A stretch of DNA of 63,989 nt, filler included, from Octopus bimaculoides (taxonomy: Eukaryota): NCBI RefSeq assembly GCF_001194135.2. It is 6 parts of 6 records of this genome, joined end to end, with 100 filler letters (N's around TTAATTAATTAA, not from the genome) between each part and the next. Parts side by side here need not be neighbours in the genome. Positions count along the whole stretch, not along the records: positions 1 to 5,294 come from NC_068996.1; positions 5,395 to 34,139 come from NC_069000.1; 4 more parts are not named here. One strand, 5' to 3'. The stretch's first letter is position 1, and each line of letters starts with the position of its first letter. A program made the translations under genes and the position numbers. The notes beneath the pieces were generated by a model. That model ran no database searches. It was given only the letters and a program-made list of their open reading frames with translations, and was not told the DNA's origin. Shown piece by piece: positions 1-13,236 of the stretch.

Positions 1-394
1 CAACAACAACAACCGCCTCCTCCGCCTTATTCTACCAAGTACAAACTGTATTTGTTGTTTACTATTCAATCTGTTGTTTATTCATCTCTACACCATTTTA
101 ATACACAACCAGAGACACTCCTAAACCAATCCTTCACTTGCAGAAATATTTCTATCAGAAAAACTCAAATTCATTGGTGCTTTTGCTCCGTTTTTGTTTT
201 CTTATTTTTTCTTCTCCATTTCCTTTCTGTTACCGGTTTTAGTTATTGGACTGCGACCATGCAGGAATACGATTTTCTACCAGATGTCACCGCTATTTAT
301 TTTCTACGGTCTTCGCTTATTTTATCGTTCTCTATTTTACTATTTCGATATAAGATATCCTTTCTACTATACGACACAGGGTCTGAAATTTTCG

Positions 395-566
395 GGGTGG
401 AGACTAGTCGATTACATCGACCCCAGTGTTTCACTGGTACTTAATTTATCGATCCCCAAAGGTAAAGTCGACCTCGGCGGAATTTGAACTCAGAACGTAG
501 CGACTGCCGAAATACCGCTAAGCATTTCGTCCGATGTGCTAACAACTCCGCCAACTCGCCGCCTTA
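395..566 (-). mobile_element. SINE family B (head ggcggcgagctggcag; core gtcgactttgcctttcatcctttcggggtcgataaattaagtaccag). Other copies at about 19368-19570, 19700-19822, 38990-39195, 40125-40345, 50085-50280, 54050-54220, 60215-60410
   Basis: Multiple homologous copies with a B-box-like gagttcaaattc. Confidence 0.8.
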
Positions 567-1261
567 GTTTTTTTTTTCTTTTTGCATATAAGACAGGATG
601 CAAATCAATCACAAAGGTTTTATATATAAGGCGCATGCATGGCTGGATAGTTAAGAAGATCGCTTTACAATCACGTGGTTTCAGGTTCAATTTTCACTGA
701 GTGATACGTTTAGCAAGTATCTTCTACTATAAGCGTGGGGGAAACCAATGACTAGTGATTGGCCTTCCAAGGTGGTGCCCCAGCACGGCTGCAGTCCAAT
801 GACTGACACAAATAAAAAAAAAACAAAAGATAAAAGATAACTGTAAATATAGGCACAGTCGTGTCTATGCGGTAAGAAGCTTGATTACCAACCACATGGT
901 TCCGGGTTCAGTCCCACTGCGTGACACCTTCGATAAGTGTCTTCTGCTGTAGCCTCGGGTCAACCAAAGCTTTGTGAGGGGATTTGGTAGACGGAAACTG
1001 AAAGAAGCCCATCGTATATATATATATGTATGTGTGTGTGTGTGTGTGTATTTGATTATGTACGGTTGTTGATGCTTGCATGCAAAAGGTGGTGGCGGCG
1101 GTTTGTGCCACTGTGTGTGTGTGTGCGTGTGTGTTTGTGTGGATTAGTACAAGGAAATGAACTCGTGAATGAAAAGACCGTTAGAATATAGCGACGATTT
1201 ACAACGTCAGAAAATGTCTTCGCTCGATGCAAAAGACATAAAGTAAACAAACAATTGGTCT

Positions 1262-1281
1262 CTTTCCCTCTCTTTCAGCAC

Positions 1282-1321
<40 letters not shown>

Positions 1322-1328
1322 TTATCTG

Positions 1329-1391
<63 letters not shown>

Positions 1392-1392
1392 G

Positions 1393-1461
<69 letters not shown>

Positions 1462-1462
1462 A
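1262..1462. repeat. (TATC)n microsatellite
   Basis: Direct inspection. Confidence 0.95.
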
Positions 1463-2057
1463 TCTCACCTTTTTCCTTCCTCTTCAGCTCTTGGATTTTC
1501 TCTTATCGTCAACCAACTATATTACTGAATCCTAAAACCTTTGACATGAAATATCCAGTAATAATTTCCCATTGAGGGTTGGTCGTATCGTTTACAGTTC
1601 CATTTCTGTTGCATATCGCCTGTCGACAATTCTGCAGATTTAAACGCCTTACAATCCTATACGTTCACATCCCATACTTGAAGATATTCGAATGAGATTT
1701 GGGTGATAGATCAAGCAACCATGTAGACGTTCCTTCATTCCGTGTCCTAAAAAAAGAAAAGAAAAGAAAAAAGCCATTGGCTAATGTAGCGGTAGATTCC
1801 TGAAAACAGACGAGAAAGTCTTTATTCGTTTGCTTCTGTTTAATCGGGTCGGATTTGGGGTGACTTACAATTTTTTCAGATTTTCGCACAAGGCTGGTAA
1901 GTTCTGAGGAAAGCTAGAGGTTGGTAGCATCGCCGGTAGAGCTAAACTGGTGCTTATTTTATTGGCACCCGAAATTTAAGCTGAGGACCTAAAGACGGAC
2001 GAAATGCCACTAAGTGTTGTGCCCGGTGTGCTAACGATCCTGACGGCTCATCGCCTT

Positions 2058-2102
2058 AATAATAACAATAACACAATAACAACAGCAACAACAACAATAA
2101 CG

Positions 2103-2197
<95 letters not shown>

Positions 2198-2205
2198 AAG
2201 AAGAA
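2058..2205. repeat. Compound (AAC/AAT)n-(AAG)n microsatellite
   Basis: Direct inspection. Confidence 0.95.
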
Positions 2206-2248
2206 TGAGTTTCTCAGCATTTAATGGGTTGTTGCTTGGTCTACATCA

Positions 2249-2349
<101 letters not shown>

Positions 2350-2479
2350 TTATTTATAAATATATATGCATATATGTGTGTGTGTGTGTGTGTGTGTACG
2401 TGTACACATACACATATGTATGTATATAAAAGAGGGTAAAAAAAAGAGGATCAAGATTCTCTTCGGTCATGTATGGCCA

Positions 2480-2790
2480 TGGGGATTGCATCTAGAAAGT
2501 TCCCCTCCAAGGTACAAGTCTGGGCAAGGTTGTTTATGGAAGACCAGCAGTTGCTCATGCATACCGGCCTCCCCTCTCCACACCACCATCGTTATCCAAG
2601 GGAAAAAGCAAAGGTTGATACAGCTTGGCACCAGTGATATTGCAACGCATTTCTACAGTCGAGTGAACTGGAGCAATGTGAAATAAAGTGTCTTGTTCAA
2701 GAACACAACACAACATGCAGCCCAGTTCGGGAATCGAACTCATTGCCTCATGATTGTGAGCCCGACGCTCTAACCACTGAACCATGCGCT
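2480..2790 (-). mobile_element. tRNA-derived SINE variant (related copy at about 61970-62260)
   Basis: Minus-strand head gcgcatggttcagtggttagagcg...gagttcgattccc. Confidence 0.65.
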
Positions 2791-4439
2791 GATTTAATAC
2801 CATCATCACCACTTCTAGAAGCTCCACCGTCAGACCCTTGGGTGCCCTAAGCAGAGTTCACTTCTAAGTCACGTCGCGTATATGAAACACTTTCATAAGA
2901 CACTTCCATTCTCTAAAGGGTATAAGGTAACTCGTCTGCCACAGTGCCAGCTTAACTTGAACCATTCCACATACCAGTAAATTCCAGCCAAATCTACTCC
3001 GAATCATATCTCCATTGTTTAAGAAAAGAGCAGTGAATAAAGAACATCGGAAAAAGAAATGGTCACGTCTGGAATGTCTTTCGTAATAAGTTACACGATA
3101 CAAATTGATCTCAAGTTTAACAACAATATCAATAACTGCAAGCAACGATCCAACCAGTTATATCCCATTCAATCAACTATCTTACCCGCTACTATTCAGC
3201 CAGCCGACCGGCCGGCCGGCCAACCAGTTAGTCGAATTAACCAGTTTTGTTTTTCTTTCTTTCTAGAGTGCTACTGAACTTATTCCCTTTCTCTTTACGC
3301 CAATCTACTTCAACAATTCAATCGTACTGACTTTTCTGGTTGTTTAGTCACAGACATGGTGGTTTGGGGAGTATTTTGCACCTGTAATTTAATCTGAATT
3401 GCAGCTAATAGAGATTACGATACCAGAATTACATTATTCAATTAAAAAAGAAAATCCACCTCTCATTAAATGACTGAATTAACTGTAATGTAATGAGATT
3501 TGGTGGATATTTCATCTGGGAAATATTACATTTTTCAGCCAGTACATCTCCTGAAACTAAAGTAATTTTCTTTATGAAATAAGAAAGTGAAATACAACGG
3601 TCATAAATGTGATAAAAATTGAGAACGAATGAACGAGTATATTTTGTTAATGTTGTATAGTTAAATTACTTAAGTAACAACTTAATGAACTAATATAATT
3701 GTTAATTATTTTCTAATCCAAAGAAGAAAACTATTATTTAAAGCTTGTGTGGGCTTTTCTGGTACAGAAATGTGAGAATGTTCTCAAGGAATTAGTAATG
3801 GTAACGTTTAATTATTATATTTTTTAAGTCTTAGAGAAGAAAGGGTACCAAGAATGGCCCCTTTCTCTTTGTAGGGACTCCAAGATTGGTGGAATGAAGG
3901 ATCTGGTGTTAAGCCAGGATTAAATTTACCACCCAAGAGCAAACCAGATATTCAATGTTTGTAATTGGCATTGAATTAATGAACAGAAAGGGAGTATTGT
4001 AGGAAGGCTGTCTGTGAAATACAAGTGGTGGAATAATATAGTTTGGTTTGGACGGTCGGAATTGGAAAGATGAGAAAAAGAGTAGGAAATGGCGCTTGTA
4101 GCGGAATTAATTAGTTTAAAGAAATGAAACTATTGTAAAATAAATAAATGAATAAGTAATAAAATAAATAAATAAATAAATGAATAAATAAATAAGTAAT
4201 TAAGTAAATAAATAAAATAGATGAAAGATATTCCTGCAAGTTTGGGGACCTAATTCTTTGCTCAATTTAACACCATCACCACCACTTCTAGCACCTCTAC
4301 CATCTGACTCTTAGACACTCTTAGCAGAGTCCACTTCTAAGCCACGTTACCTGTCTGGAGTCACCTTCCTCGTTTTCTCCGACCAGTATTGGAGACACTG
4401 GATAAAAAGTCCGTGGAAGATTGCCTTATGGTCATCTAT

Positions 4440-4860
4440 AGTCATGAATGTTAATGGGTAATGACTAACACATGTACGATGGAGAATAAAAGCAGTCGAA
4501 ATGCAATTCCTCCGAAGAATCTCTGGAGTAATGTTACTCGACAGAGTCTGTAACTTGGAAATTAGGGGACTCATTCTAGGTCGAACTGCTACTCCACGTT
4601 TAGAGGTGACAGCTCAGGGACCTTGGACATGTGATTTGAATGGGACAGGGAAAGAATCGCAAGACGGATTCTTCAAACCGTGTCAGCTGGCAGGAGACCT
4701 AGAGAGTAGACCAAGAATGAGAAAGCTGAATAATGTTCATAGTCTCAGTTGGGAATCCGGCTGGAAAGAGAAATAACGGTTGCTTCAGATAGGATCCTAT
4801 GGAGGGTGGGTGGAGTGCCTGAATACTCTACCCCGACTACCCTACCAGCGGGAATGGTGG
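4440..4860 (+). mobile_element. RTE-clade LINE 3' remnant
   Basis: Translation AVEMQFLRRISGVMLLDRVCNLEIRG...SRPRMRK...SLSW matches the RTE RT C-terminus; frameshifted. Confidence 0.7.
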
Positions 4861-4905
4861 GCGGAGAAGATGACTGACTGACTGTATATATACATACATA
4901 TATAT

Positions 4906-4938
<33 letters not shown>

Positions 4939-5128
4939 TATATGGAGAGGTGAGGGTAAGTATGTGGGTGGGTGCGTATTTATATATATTTATGTACGTA
5001 TATTTGTGTGTATGTATAATTATATGAAAGAATGTATGTTTATATGTAGACAAGGATAATTTAAAATAGTATGAGAATCCGTAAATTGCACGAACATTAG
5101 GGATCTAGTTATTTTCTTTTATGTATAT

Positions 5129-5192
<64 letters not shown>

Positions 5193-7303
5193 GGCGTCTA
5201 AAAGTTGCAAATTACAGTCTGAAGTGAAAGGATAGGGGCATTTTTTTTTTGTTATTGTATGGTTTAGAAGTGAGGCTAGCCGGAAGTACTCTCTNNNNNN
5301 NNNNNNNNNNNNNNNNNNNNNNNNNNNNNNNNNNNNNNTTAATTAATTAANNNNNNNNNNNNNNNNNNNNNNNNNNNNNNNNNNNNNNNNNNNNAAACCA
5401 TTAGCAGTGAGGGGCCCGCGAGCTGTTGTCACACTATCATTCTAAGAGAGGAACACTGTGATATAAAACCTATGGCTTCACGTGCTTACTGATCATCTCA
5501 GTTTCGGCTTGTCACCGGGTACTAATCACGGAGACTCAGAGAGTGGTATGTCGGGGTGGAAACCCACGCCGCCATCTCTTCAGTTATCTGACCATCGAAA
5601 AAATGTTATAAAAATGACCGTTAAACAAAGGGAAATTACTGTGTGATTGACCGTTATTAAGACAAACGAGCCATTAGACTGACCGCTAAGTGAGGGGAGG
5701 GACTAAAGGTAAGGGAGTAAAAATGTTCATGGTATTCGCGTAAGCGCGCATGTCCATACATACACATGCGCGCATGCACACCCACGTACATGCGCCTATA
5801 TCTATAAACTCATCCACCCTCACTTGAAACACATACATGCTCACCCACACATTAGCCAAAAAATATATACATACCCGCATACACGCCCGCATACACACAC
5901 ACGCGCGCAAAAAAAAGGTTCATACACACGTCTATATACGCACATACTCGCATGCACGCACACACACACACACACACACTCACACACACACACACACGTC
6001 TATATACACACAGGAAAAATGCAGGGTGGAAGGTAGAATACAGAAAAAAATATGTGTAAAAAATATATGAGCAATAAACCTATAAAACAATGTCTCAATA
6101 AATCTGTTAAAAAAATACTAAGTAGCTACATTAAATATCTTTCCTGATCAGTAGTAAAACGGTTCCAATATTCTTTCTCGGGTATATGTAAGTTCTATAA
6201 GAAGAATTGCGCAAGATTCCACTGGGCAAGCATCTAGAAATATGTAGCGACGGAAAGGTCAAAATCTTTCCCATTTGCAAATGTTCAAGACATGACACAT
6301 AGTTCTGTAGAGCAATAGACCTACACTTCATTAAAAAATTCTCCCTAAAATTGAATGTTTAAAAGAGAAATAGAGGAGCTACATGTTTTTTTGTCAAAAA
6401 GATTAGAAAGAGAAACAGAGACAATATGCATGAACACCCCTCCAAATGAAACAAGCTATGAACATTATACATGGTTAGCTCACACTGACGCTGCGCCCAG
6501 CTAATACGACAGATGAGAAATGGATGCTTCAATGAATGCTATATTGCTGTCTAATACTATTCACATACCATGTAAGATGACAGTAATGTTTACTAGATGG
6601 TTTTGGCGCCTGTCAAGAAAGCTTCATCATCGTCATTTTACCATTTTATTATTATTTTTTTTAATAGTAACGATGACGGATGAAAAGAAAACATTCATGT
6701 TACACTGTTGCTGTTGTTTATGAATGTGACTCCGATGTTAGTAATGTGATATTCGTCTCTATAAATGATCAGATATATATATATAAAATTAGGATTTTGA
6801 CAACCTTTGCTCTTATAGAACTTACATATACCCGAGAAATACTACTGGAACCATTTTGCCACTGATTGGGAAAGATATCTAATGGAGCTACTTGGCAAAG
6901 TAATTCGTGAAAAAGTTCTTTTTTGAATTATCTTAACCAAACAAGCAAGAAAGAGAAAAATAAGTCCTACAAAAGAATGAATGATATACAAAAATCTGCG
7001 TATATTTACACAGGCGCTGTTTTGTTATACAATTTATAACCAACAGAGTGGCTTCATCTAAGCATTCAATATATCTTTGCTTATCTTTCCCATCCTACTT
7101 CTTAAAATCGACATCTTAAAAGATCAACAAGCTTTTGTGAGAAAATGTGTTTGTTTAAAAAAAAGATTGATACGTATAGAATGAAGAGAGAAAGTGGAAG
7201 AAGTGAAAACAAGAAAAACACTTTGTAATGAAATTTCAGTGTGTTGACCATATCAAATTAAAAAGAACCCCCTCTATCTCTCTCGCTCTCTCTCTCCATG
7301 TAA

Positions 7304-7334
<31 letters not shown>

Positions 7335-8394
7335 TAGCTAGATATCATTTTCCCACCCTTTACTCTAGTTTTTTTTTTTGGTAATGNNNNNNNNNNNNNN
7401 NNNNNNNNNNNNNNNNNNNNNNNNNNNNNNNNNNNNNNNNNNNNNNNNNGTGTGTGTGTGTGTGTGTCTGTGTCTGTGTGTGTGTGTGTCTGTGTGTGCG
7501 CGCGCGCGAATTGATTGTTTGCGCAAATTTACTTCTATACAGAAATGAATGCATTTTACAATAAAAGTTTTGGTCAATCGTTATTGATTTTTTTAAGTAT
7601 TAGTGTGAATTAAATGCTTTCGATCTCTGCAGCCATATTCTTTAAGCAAAACTGCAAAAACCGAAGAACGCACCGATCTTCAATGGCATTACACATTGAT
7701 TTTGCATATGAAATAATAACTACACATGGCTTTTATATATGGAATTGTTTTATAAAATACAATTATAATCACTTGATATATTTAACGCAACAATTATGTT
7801 CAAATTTTTAATCAAAATAATTTTGAAACACTTCTTAAATATTTTTACTTCTAACTTTTCTGTTTATTTAACAAATGTTCACTTTAACCATGTGAAACTA
7901 TGTAAATATATTCAGACTGTATGTACAAACTTATAATTTACTGGAATTATAATTAACAAGAAAGATTAAAATTAAAATATTAATGAGGATCTTGAATAAT
8001 CAGGTACAAACGAAAATCCATGGATGTTGTCTCCATAACTTAATGCGCTGGGCGATACCAAATTCAGTTAACGTTCATATGAATCTGTAAGTGAAGAAAG
8101 AAATGTTAAAATGGGGATTCCTTTGAATGTTGTTAAGAAAACTTTTGGCAGTGTTCCTAGGAGAAGTGGTGTCGGCAACTGGAACCTAAATCTAACAGGG
8201 ATATATATTGGAATATGTGTGAGATCCTTGGTAGAGTCGGGTATATTTGAAGAAAGATAAAGAATAACTTCAGTATTAGTTTTAATCACGTTAATTTCTT
8301 TTATTTTTTAACTTTTTAATAATATAAAGTTTAGTTCATAGATCTTTGAACTAAAACTTATATTATTAAAAAGTTAAAAAGTATTAAATTAAAC

Positions 8395-8723
8395 ATAGGC
8401 GCAGGAGTGGCTGTGTAGTAAGTAGCTTGCTTACCAACCATATAGTTCCGGGTTCAGTCCCACTGCGTGGCATCTTGGGCAAGTGTCTTCTACTATAGCC
8501 TCGGGCCAACCAAAGCCTTGTGAGTGGATTTGGTAGACGGAAACTGAAAGAAACCCGTCATATATATGTATATATATATATATATGTGTGTGTGCGTTTG
8601 TGTGTCTGTTTGTTCCCCTAGCATTGCTTGACAACCGATGCTGGTGTGTTTATGTCCCCGTCACTTAGCGGTTCGGCAAAAGAGACCGATAGAATAAGTA
8701 CTAGGCTTACAAAGAATAAGTCC
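8395..8723 (+). mobile_element. SINE family A (truncated by gap)
   Basis: Same head and body as 26342-26735. Confidence 0.85.
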
Positions 8724-8921
8724 NNNNNNNNNNNNNNNNNNNNNNNNNNNNNNNNNNNNNNNNNNNNNNNNNNNNNNNNNNNNNNNNNNNNNNNNNNNNN
8801 NNNNNNNNNNNNNNNNNNNNNNNNNNNNNNNNNNNNNNNNNNNNNNNNNNNNNNNNNNNNNNNNNNNNNNNNNNNNNNNNNNNNNNNNNNNNNNNNNNNN
8901 NNNNNNNNNNNNNNNNNNNNN

Positions 8922-8963
<42 letters not shown>

Positions 8964-9044
8964 AAGAGAAAGAGAGAAAGAAAGAAAGAAAGAAAAGATA
9001 AGGAAAAACAAAACGAAAACGAAAGTAAGTTACTTTTACAAACC

Positions 9045-9050
9045 TTTATT
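9045..9050 (-). terminator. AATAAA polyadenylation signal of the two-Ig gene (putative)
   Basis: AATAAA about 28 nt downstream of the stop codon on the minus strand. Confidence 0.5.
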
Positions 9051-9077
9051 ATAATGTTTGTGCAAAACGGGTTGATA

Positions 9078-9217
9078 CTAGCGAGAAACTGCGACATCCA
9101 GAAGCAGAAGAATGAGATTGATGATCAAAACCCATTTAGAGAATTGTACACCTGAACCAGACACCGGTCTTCTAGTAGTAGTAGTTGTAGGTTTTTTTGT
9201 GGTAGTAGTAGTAATAG
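9078..9217 (-). CDS. Two-Ig GPI-type surface protein, terminal exon (Thr-rich stalk + GPI-signal-like tail)
   Basis: Acceptor attttgtctttacag|CT in phase 1. Encodes PITTTTTKKPTTTTTRRPVSGSGVQFSKWVLIINLILLLLDVAVSR*, with TAG at 9080-9078. Confidence 0.8.
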
Positions 9218-9643
9218 CTGTAAAGACAAAATATAGGTGTATCAAGGAAAATATAATTTTTCATCAAAAAAATGGAGCTTAATGACTGATTTCGAAACTG
9301 AATTGACAATTATAATTCGTATCAATGTGTTTTTTGGGTTTTTTTTTTATATCGCCTTAAACCATCAATACGATAGCTATGTGTGTGCGTATGTGTGTGT
9401 ATGTGTGTATGGAAAATTCATGGACTAGAGAGAAAAAAGGGCACAAAATGTCGTGTGAAGATTATACATGACATATACGAGAATGCGGTCGGCAAGACCC
9501 AACAAAGGAATATAGCGCCGGCTGACCACGGAAATGCTTGCGTTCTAAAGATTAGTGAATTCTATACATGTATTGATATATATATTTCTGCAAAACAGAG
9601 GTAGCTTATCCTGTTCAGGTTTTATTATTAGCATTATCCTGCG

Positions 9644-9676
<33 letters not shown>

Positions 9677-10701
9677 CATAGAAAAACATGTAATCGTTAC
9701 CAATATAGCAAGAGATTTCTCCGTAAAAAGTCTAAAGTAGACTCCTTAAGGATCGTTCTCCTTGGTTATATATCCAAAGTTTTAAATTTAAAAGAGAGTT
9801 TTGACGCTGATATCCATTATTATTGAAATTTATTTGACAGTCAAATATAGCCTTATACAGAAATGTTGACATAGGAATAAAATTCAATAATAGTGGATAT
9901 TAGCGTCANNNNNNNNNNNNNNNNNNNNNNNNNNNNNNNNNNNNNNNNNNNNNNNNNNNNNNNNNNNNNNNNNNNNNNNNNNNNNNNNNNNNNNNNNNNN
10001 NNNNNNNNNNNNNNNNNNNNNNNNNNNNNNNNNNNNNNNNNNNNNNNNNNNNNNNNNNNNNNNNNNNNNNNNNNNNNNNNNNNNNNNNNNNNNNNNNNNN
10101 NNNNNNNNNNNNNNNNNNNNNNNNNNNNNNNNNNNNNNNNNNNNNNNNNNNNNNNNNNNNNNNNNNNNNNNNNNNNNNNNNNNNNNNNNNNNNNNNNNNN
10201 NNNNNNNNNNNNNNNNNNNNNNNNNNNNNNNNNNNNNNNNNNNNNNNNNNNNNNNNNNNNNNNNNNNNNNNNNNNNNNNNNNNNNNNNNNNNNNNNNNNN
10301 NNNNNNNNNNNNNNNNNNNNNNNNNNNNNNNNNNNNNNNNNNNNNNNNNNNNNNNNNNNNNNNNNNNNNNNNNNNNNNNNNNNNNNNNNNNNNNNNNNNN
10401 NNNNNNNNNNNNNNNNNNNNNNNNNNNNNNNNNNNNNNNNNNNNNNNNNNNNNNNNNNNNNNNNNNNNNNNNNNNNNNNNNNNNNNNNNNNNNNNNNNNN
10501 NNNNNNNNNNNNNNNNNNNNNNNNNNNNNNNNNNNNNNNNNNNNNNNNNNNNNNNNNNNNNNNNNNNNNNNNNNNNNNNNNNNNNNNNNNNNNNNNNNNN
10601 NNNNNNNNNNNNNNNNNNNNNNNNNNNNNNNNNNNNNNNNNNNNNNNNNNNNNNNNNNNNNNNNNNNNNNNNNNNNNNNNNNNNNNNNNNNNNNNNNNNN
10701 N

Positions 10702-11095
10702 NATCTTTTACTTATCTCAGTCATTTGACTGTGGCCATGCTGGAGCACCGCCTTTAGTCGAGCAAATCGACCCCAGGACTTATTCTTTGTAAGCCTAGTA
10801 CTTATTCTATCGGTCTCTTTTTGCCGAACAGCTAAGTTACGGGGACGTAAACACACCAGCATCGATTGTCAAGCGATGTTGGGGGGTACAAACACAGACA
10901 CACAAACATATATACACACGTATATATATACATATATACGACGGGCTTCTTTCAGTGTCCGCCTACCAAATCCACTCACAAGGCTTTGGTCGGCCCGAGG
11001 CTACAGTAGAAGACACTTGCCTATGGTGCCACGCAGTGAAACTGAACCCGGAACCATGTGGTTTGTAAGCAAGCTACTTACCACACAGCCACTTC
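10702..11095 (-). mobile_element. SINE family A, in Ig-gene intron 3
   Basis: Reverse complement of the family A consensus. Confidence 0.85.
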
Positions 11096-11441
11096 ATATA
11101 TATGTATATGATAAATTTATATACATCCATGAATAAAAGTATGCATAGAAGACATGTATATGTACATTGGAATATGTCAATAAAATATATCTAAACATAC
11201 ATGCGCACTGACATACAATATATGGCCTGAGATTTGATGCAAAGTGTTTTATAAAAGCATTCAGTACTTAACCACTCAACCATAAGCATCTTAGGAATGC
11301 AACAATGTTTTCTGTCAACGAAAAGACAAACTGTCGTCAGCTATTTCTAATAACACAGCACAAAGCCTATAACAATGCCCTGCATTTATGGAGAAAGAAA
11401 ATGTAAGAGCAAAAAGTACAGCACCAGAAATATTTGCTTAC

Positions 11442-11753
11442 GTGTAGTCAGGGCATCGAATACTTCTGTAATTGTTTGCTTGAAAACTGTACAGGAAACA
11501 TCTGCACGGTCGCTCAACTTATACTGGTGCCGATATATTGTAGCAGCTTCAACGAAACAGTTTGTAGAATCTGGAACAGCAGCCGATATTTCCTGCTCTA
11601 TCATATTTGGCCGATTTTCGGGTTTTATTTTCCATAGAAATTTAACGAAACTGGTATACGGTAACGCAACATTTGCTGTACACTTGAACATAGATGTATT
11701 GTTTTTCTCCAACTGAGGGTCGACGCGTATCACGCTTTTAATGGAGGACTTCG
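11442..11753 (-). CDS. Two-Ig GPI-type surface protein, exon 3 (Ig domain 2, C-like)
   Basis: Acceptor ttattttacttttcag|CG, donor ACAC|gtaagc, 312 nt, phase 1-1. FKCTANV...FLWKIK...VSCTV shows the C...W...C Ig spacing. Confidence 0.85.
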
Positions 11754-11859
11754 CTGAAAAGTAAAATAAATGTTTCAGCAATGATTTCACGATAACATGG
11801 GCGCAGTGATAAGTGATGATACAAACCTAAAATGTTTTTTTCTCCCTCAATCTATCTGA

Positions 11860-12013
11860 GATGCTGGAGCACCGCCTTTAGTCGAGCAAATCGACCCCAG
11901 GACTTATTCTATCGGTCTCTTTTGCCGAACCGCTAAGTTACGGGTACGTAAACACACCAGCATCGGTTGTCAAGCGATGTTGGGGGGAGACAGACACAGA
12001 CACACAATCACAT

Positions 12014-12066
<53 letters not shown>

Positions 12067-12140
12067 TACGACGGTCTTCTTTCAGTTTCTGTCTACCAAA
12101 TCCACTCACAAGGCTTTGGTTGGCCCGGGGCTATAGTAGA
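11860..12140 (-). mobile_element. SINE family A fragment, in Ig-gene intron 2
   Basis: Family A body, abutting a family C tail. Confidence 0.8.
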
Positions 12141-12559
12141 AAACTCTTACTTCCTGTTTCTGTTGTACCTGTATTTCAAAGGGGTCAGCCTTGTCACACT
12201 GCGTCACGCTGAATATCCCCGAGACCTACGTTAAGGGTACACGTGTCTGTGGAGTGCTCAGCCACTTGCACGTTAATTTCACGAGCAGGCTGTTCCGTTG
12301 ATCGGATCAACTGGAACCCTCGACGTCGTAAGCGACGGAGTGCCAACAACAACAACAACAACAGCTGTCTCTGTTACTCTTTGCTATTGCATTAATCTGT
12401 CTGATAAGTGGTCTAAGAAAATTCAAGCTTCCTATGAGTTTACCAAAACCAAGGAGAAAATAAATCGCAAACTTTATAGGAATAAACTCCAGCCATATAA
12501 ATATACGAGACCTGTAATAGTGTTAAAAAGTGTAAACTGTAACGAAGATGGAGACTCAC

Positions 12560-12889
12560 CTTTTAGCGGCTTTTCATTGGAGATGTCTAAGCTTGATAGA
12601 GAACATTTGTAAACTGCTACATCCCTGCAATCGAGGTTCGCTTTCCAGCAATGTACCGCACCGGACTTCGACGAAGGGGCAGGAACATTACAACCGAAAT
12701 CTTTCTCCTTCTTTTTAGTTACAAATCCCTTAGCTATGCTACTGTCCTCCATCTCTACAACAGCAACGCCATCTCGTAGGAGGCTGAACGAATTGAAACT
12801 GTTTGTGTTGTATTCGCATGTTATATTCATTTTTGTTGGTTCCCCAATACCGAAACCATTAGCCGGTGATAGGTTTGTTATTTCAATGA
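12560..12889 (-). CDS. Two-Ig GPI-type surface protein, exon 2 (Ig domain 1, V-like, divergent)
   Basis: Acceptor (ct)n-ttatag|TC, donor AAAG|gtgagt, 330 nt, phase 1-1, open frame. IEITNLSP...MNITCEY...FSLLRDG...NLDCRDVAVYKC contains the B-strand Cys and the D-x-A-x-Y-x-C motif. Confidence 0.85.
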
Positions 12890-12891
12890 CT

Positions 12892-12895
<4 letters not shown>

Positions 12896-12928
<33 letters not shown>

Positions 12929-13195
12929 TGCGTAAGAGAGAAATTTNNNNNNNNNNAGAAGAAGAAGAAGAAGAAGAAGAAGAAGAAGAAGAAGAAGAAG
13001 AAGAAGAAGAAAGAAAGAAAGAAAGAAAGATAAAAGAAAGAAAGAAACAAAGAAAGAAAGAAAGATAAAAGAATGAAAGAAATTGAGAAAGAAAGAAAGA
13101 AAGAAAGAAATTGAGAAAGAAATTGAAAGAAAGAAAGAAAGACAGAAGGAAGGAAAGAAAGAAAGAAAGTAAGAAAGAAAGAAAGAAAGAAAGAA
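12896..13195. repeat. (AG)n-(GAA)n-(GAAA)n purine tract filling Ig-gene intron 1
   Basis: Direct inspection. Confidence 0.9.
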
Positions 13196-13236
13196 ATGTG
13201 CGAGTTGAGAAAATAAAGTTGTTGTCCTTTACTTAC

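Noticed and set aside
1467-1750. Strong-looking acceptor (about 1748) and donor (about 1468) on the minus strand
   Set aside because: All frames hit stops or give no recognisable peptide, so no supportable exon.
5339-5350. Recurring palindrome ttaattaattaa inside N runs (also about 34184, 45046, 53665, 60772)
   Set aside because: Assembly gap marker with stops in all six frames, not biology.
7990-8290. Possible Penelope RT remnant (GIPIL...YGDNIH)
   Set aside because: Similarity is too weak to call by eye.
8431-8634. Repeated ORFs such as 'EDTCPRCHAVGLNPEPCGW' and 'LQSDLAEFLQLDALPNANHSESVVG'
   Set aside because: Translations of SINE families A and D, not a protein family.
12560-12889. Initial reading of GVAVVEMEDSSIAK as an RRM (PARP14-like)
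   Set aside because: The full exon shows Ig B/F-strand cysteines and D-x-A-x-Y-x-C, and it splices in phase 1 between a signal peptide and a second Ig.
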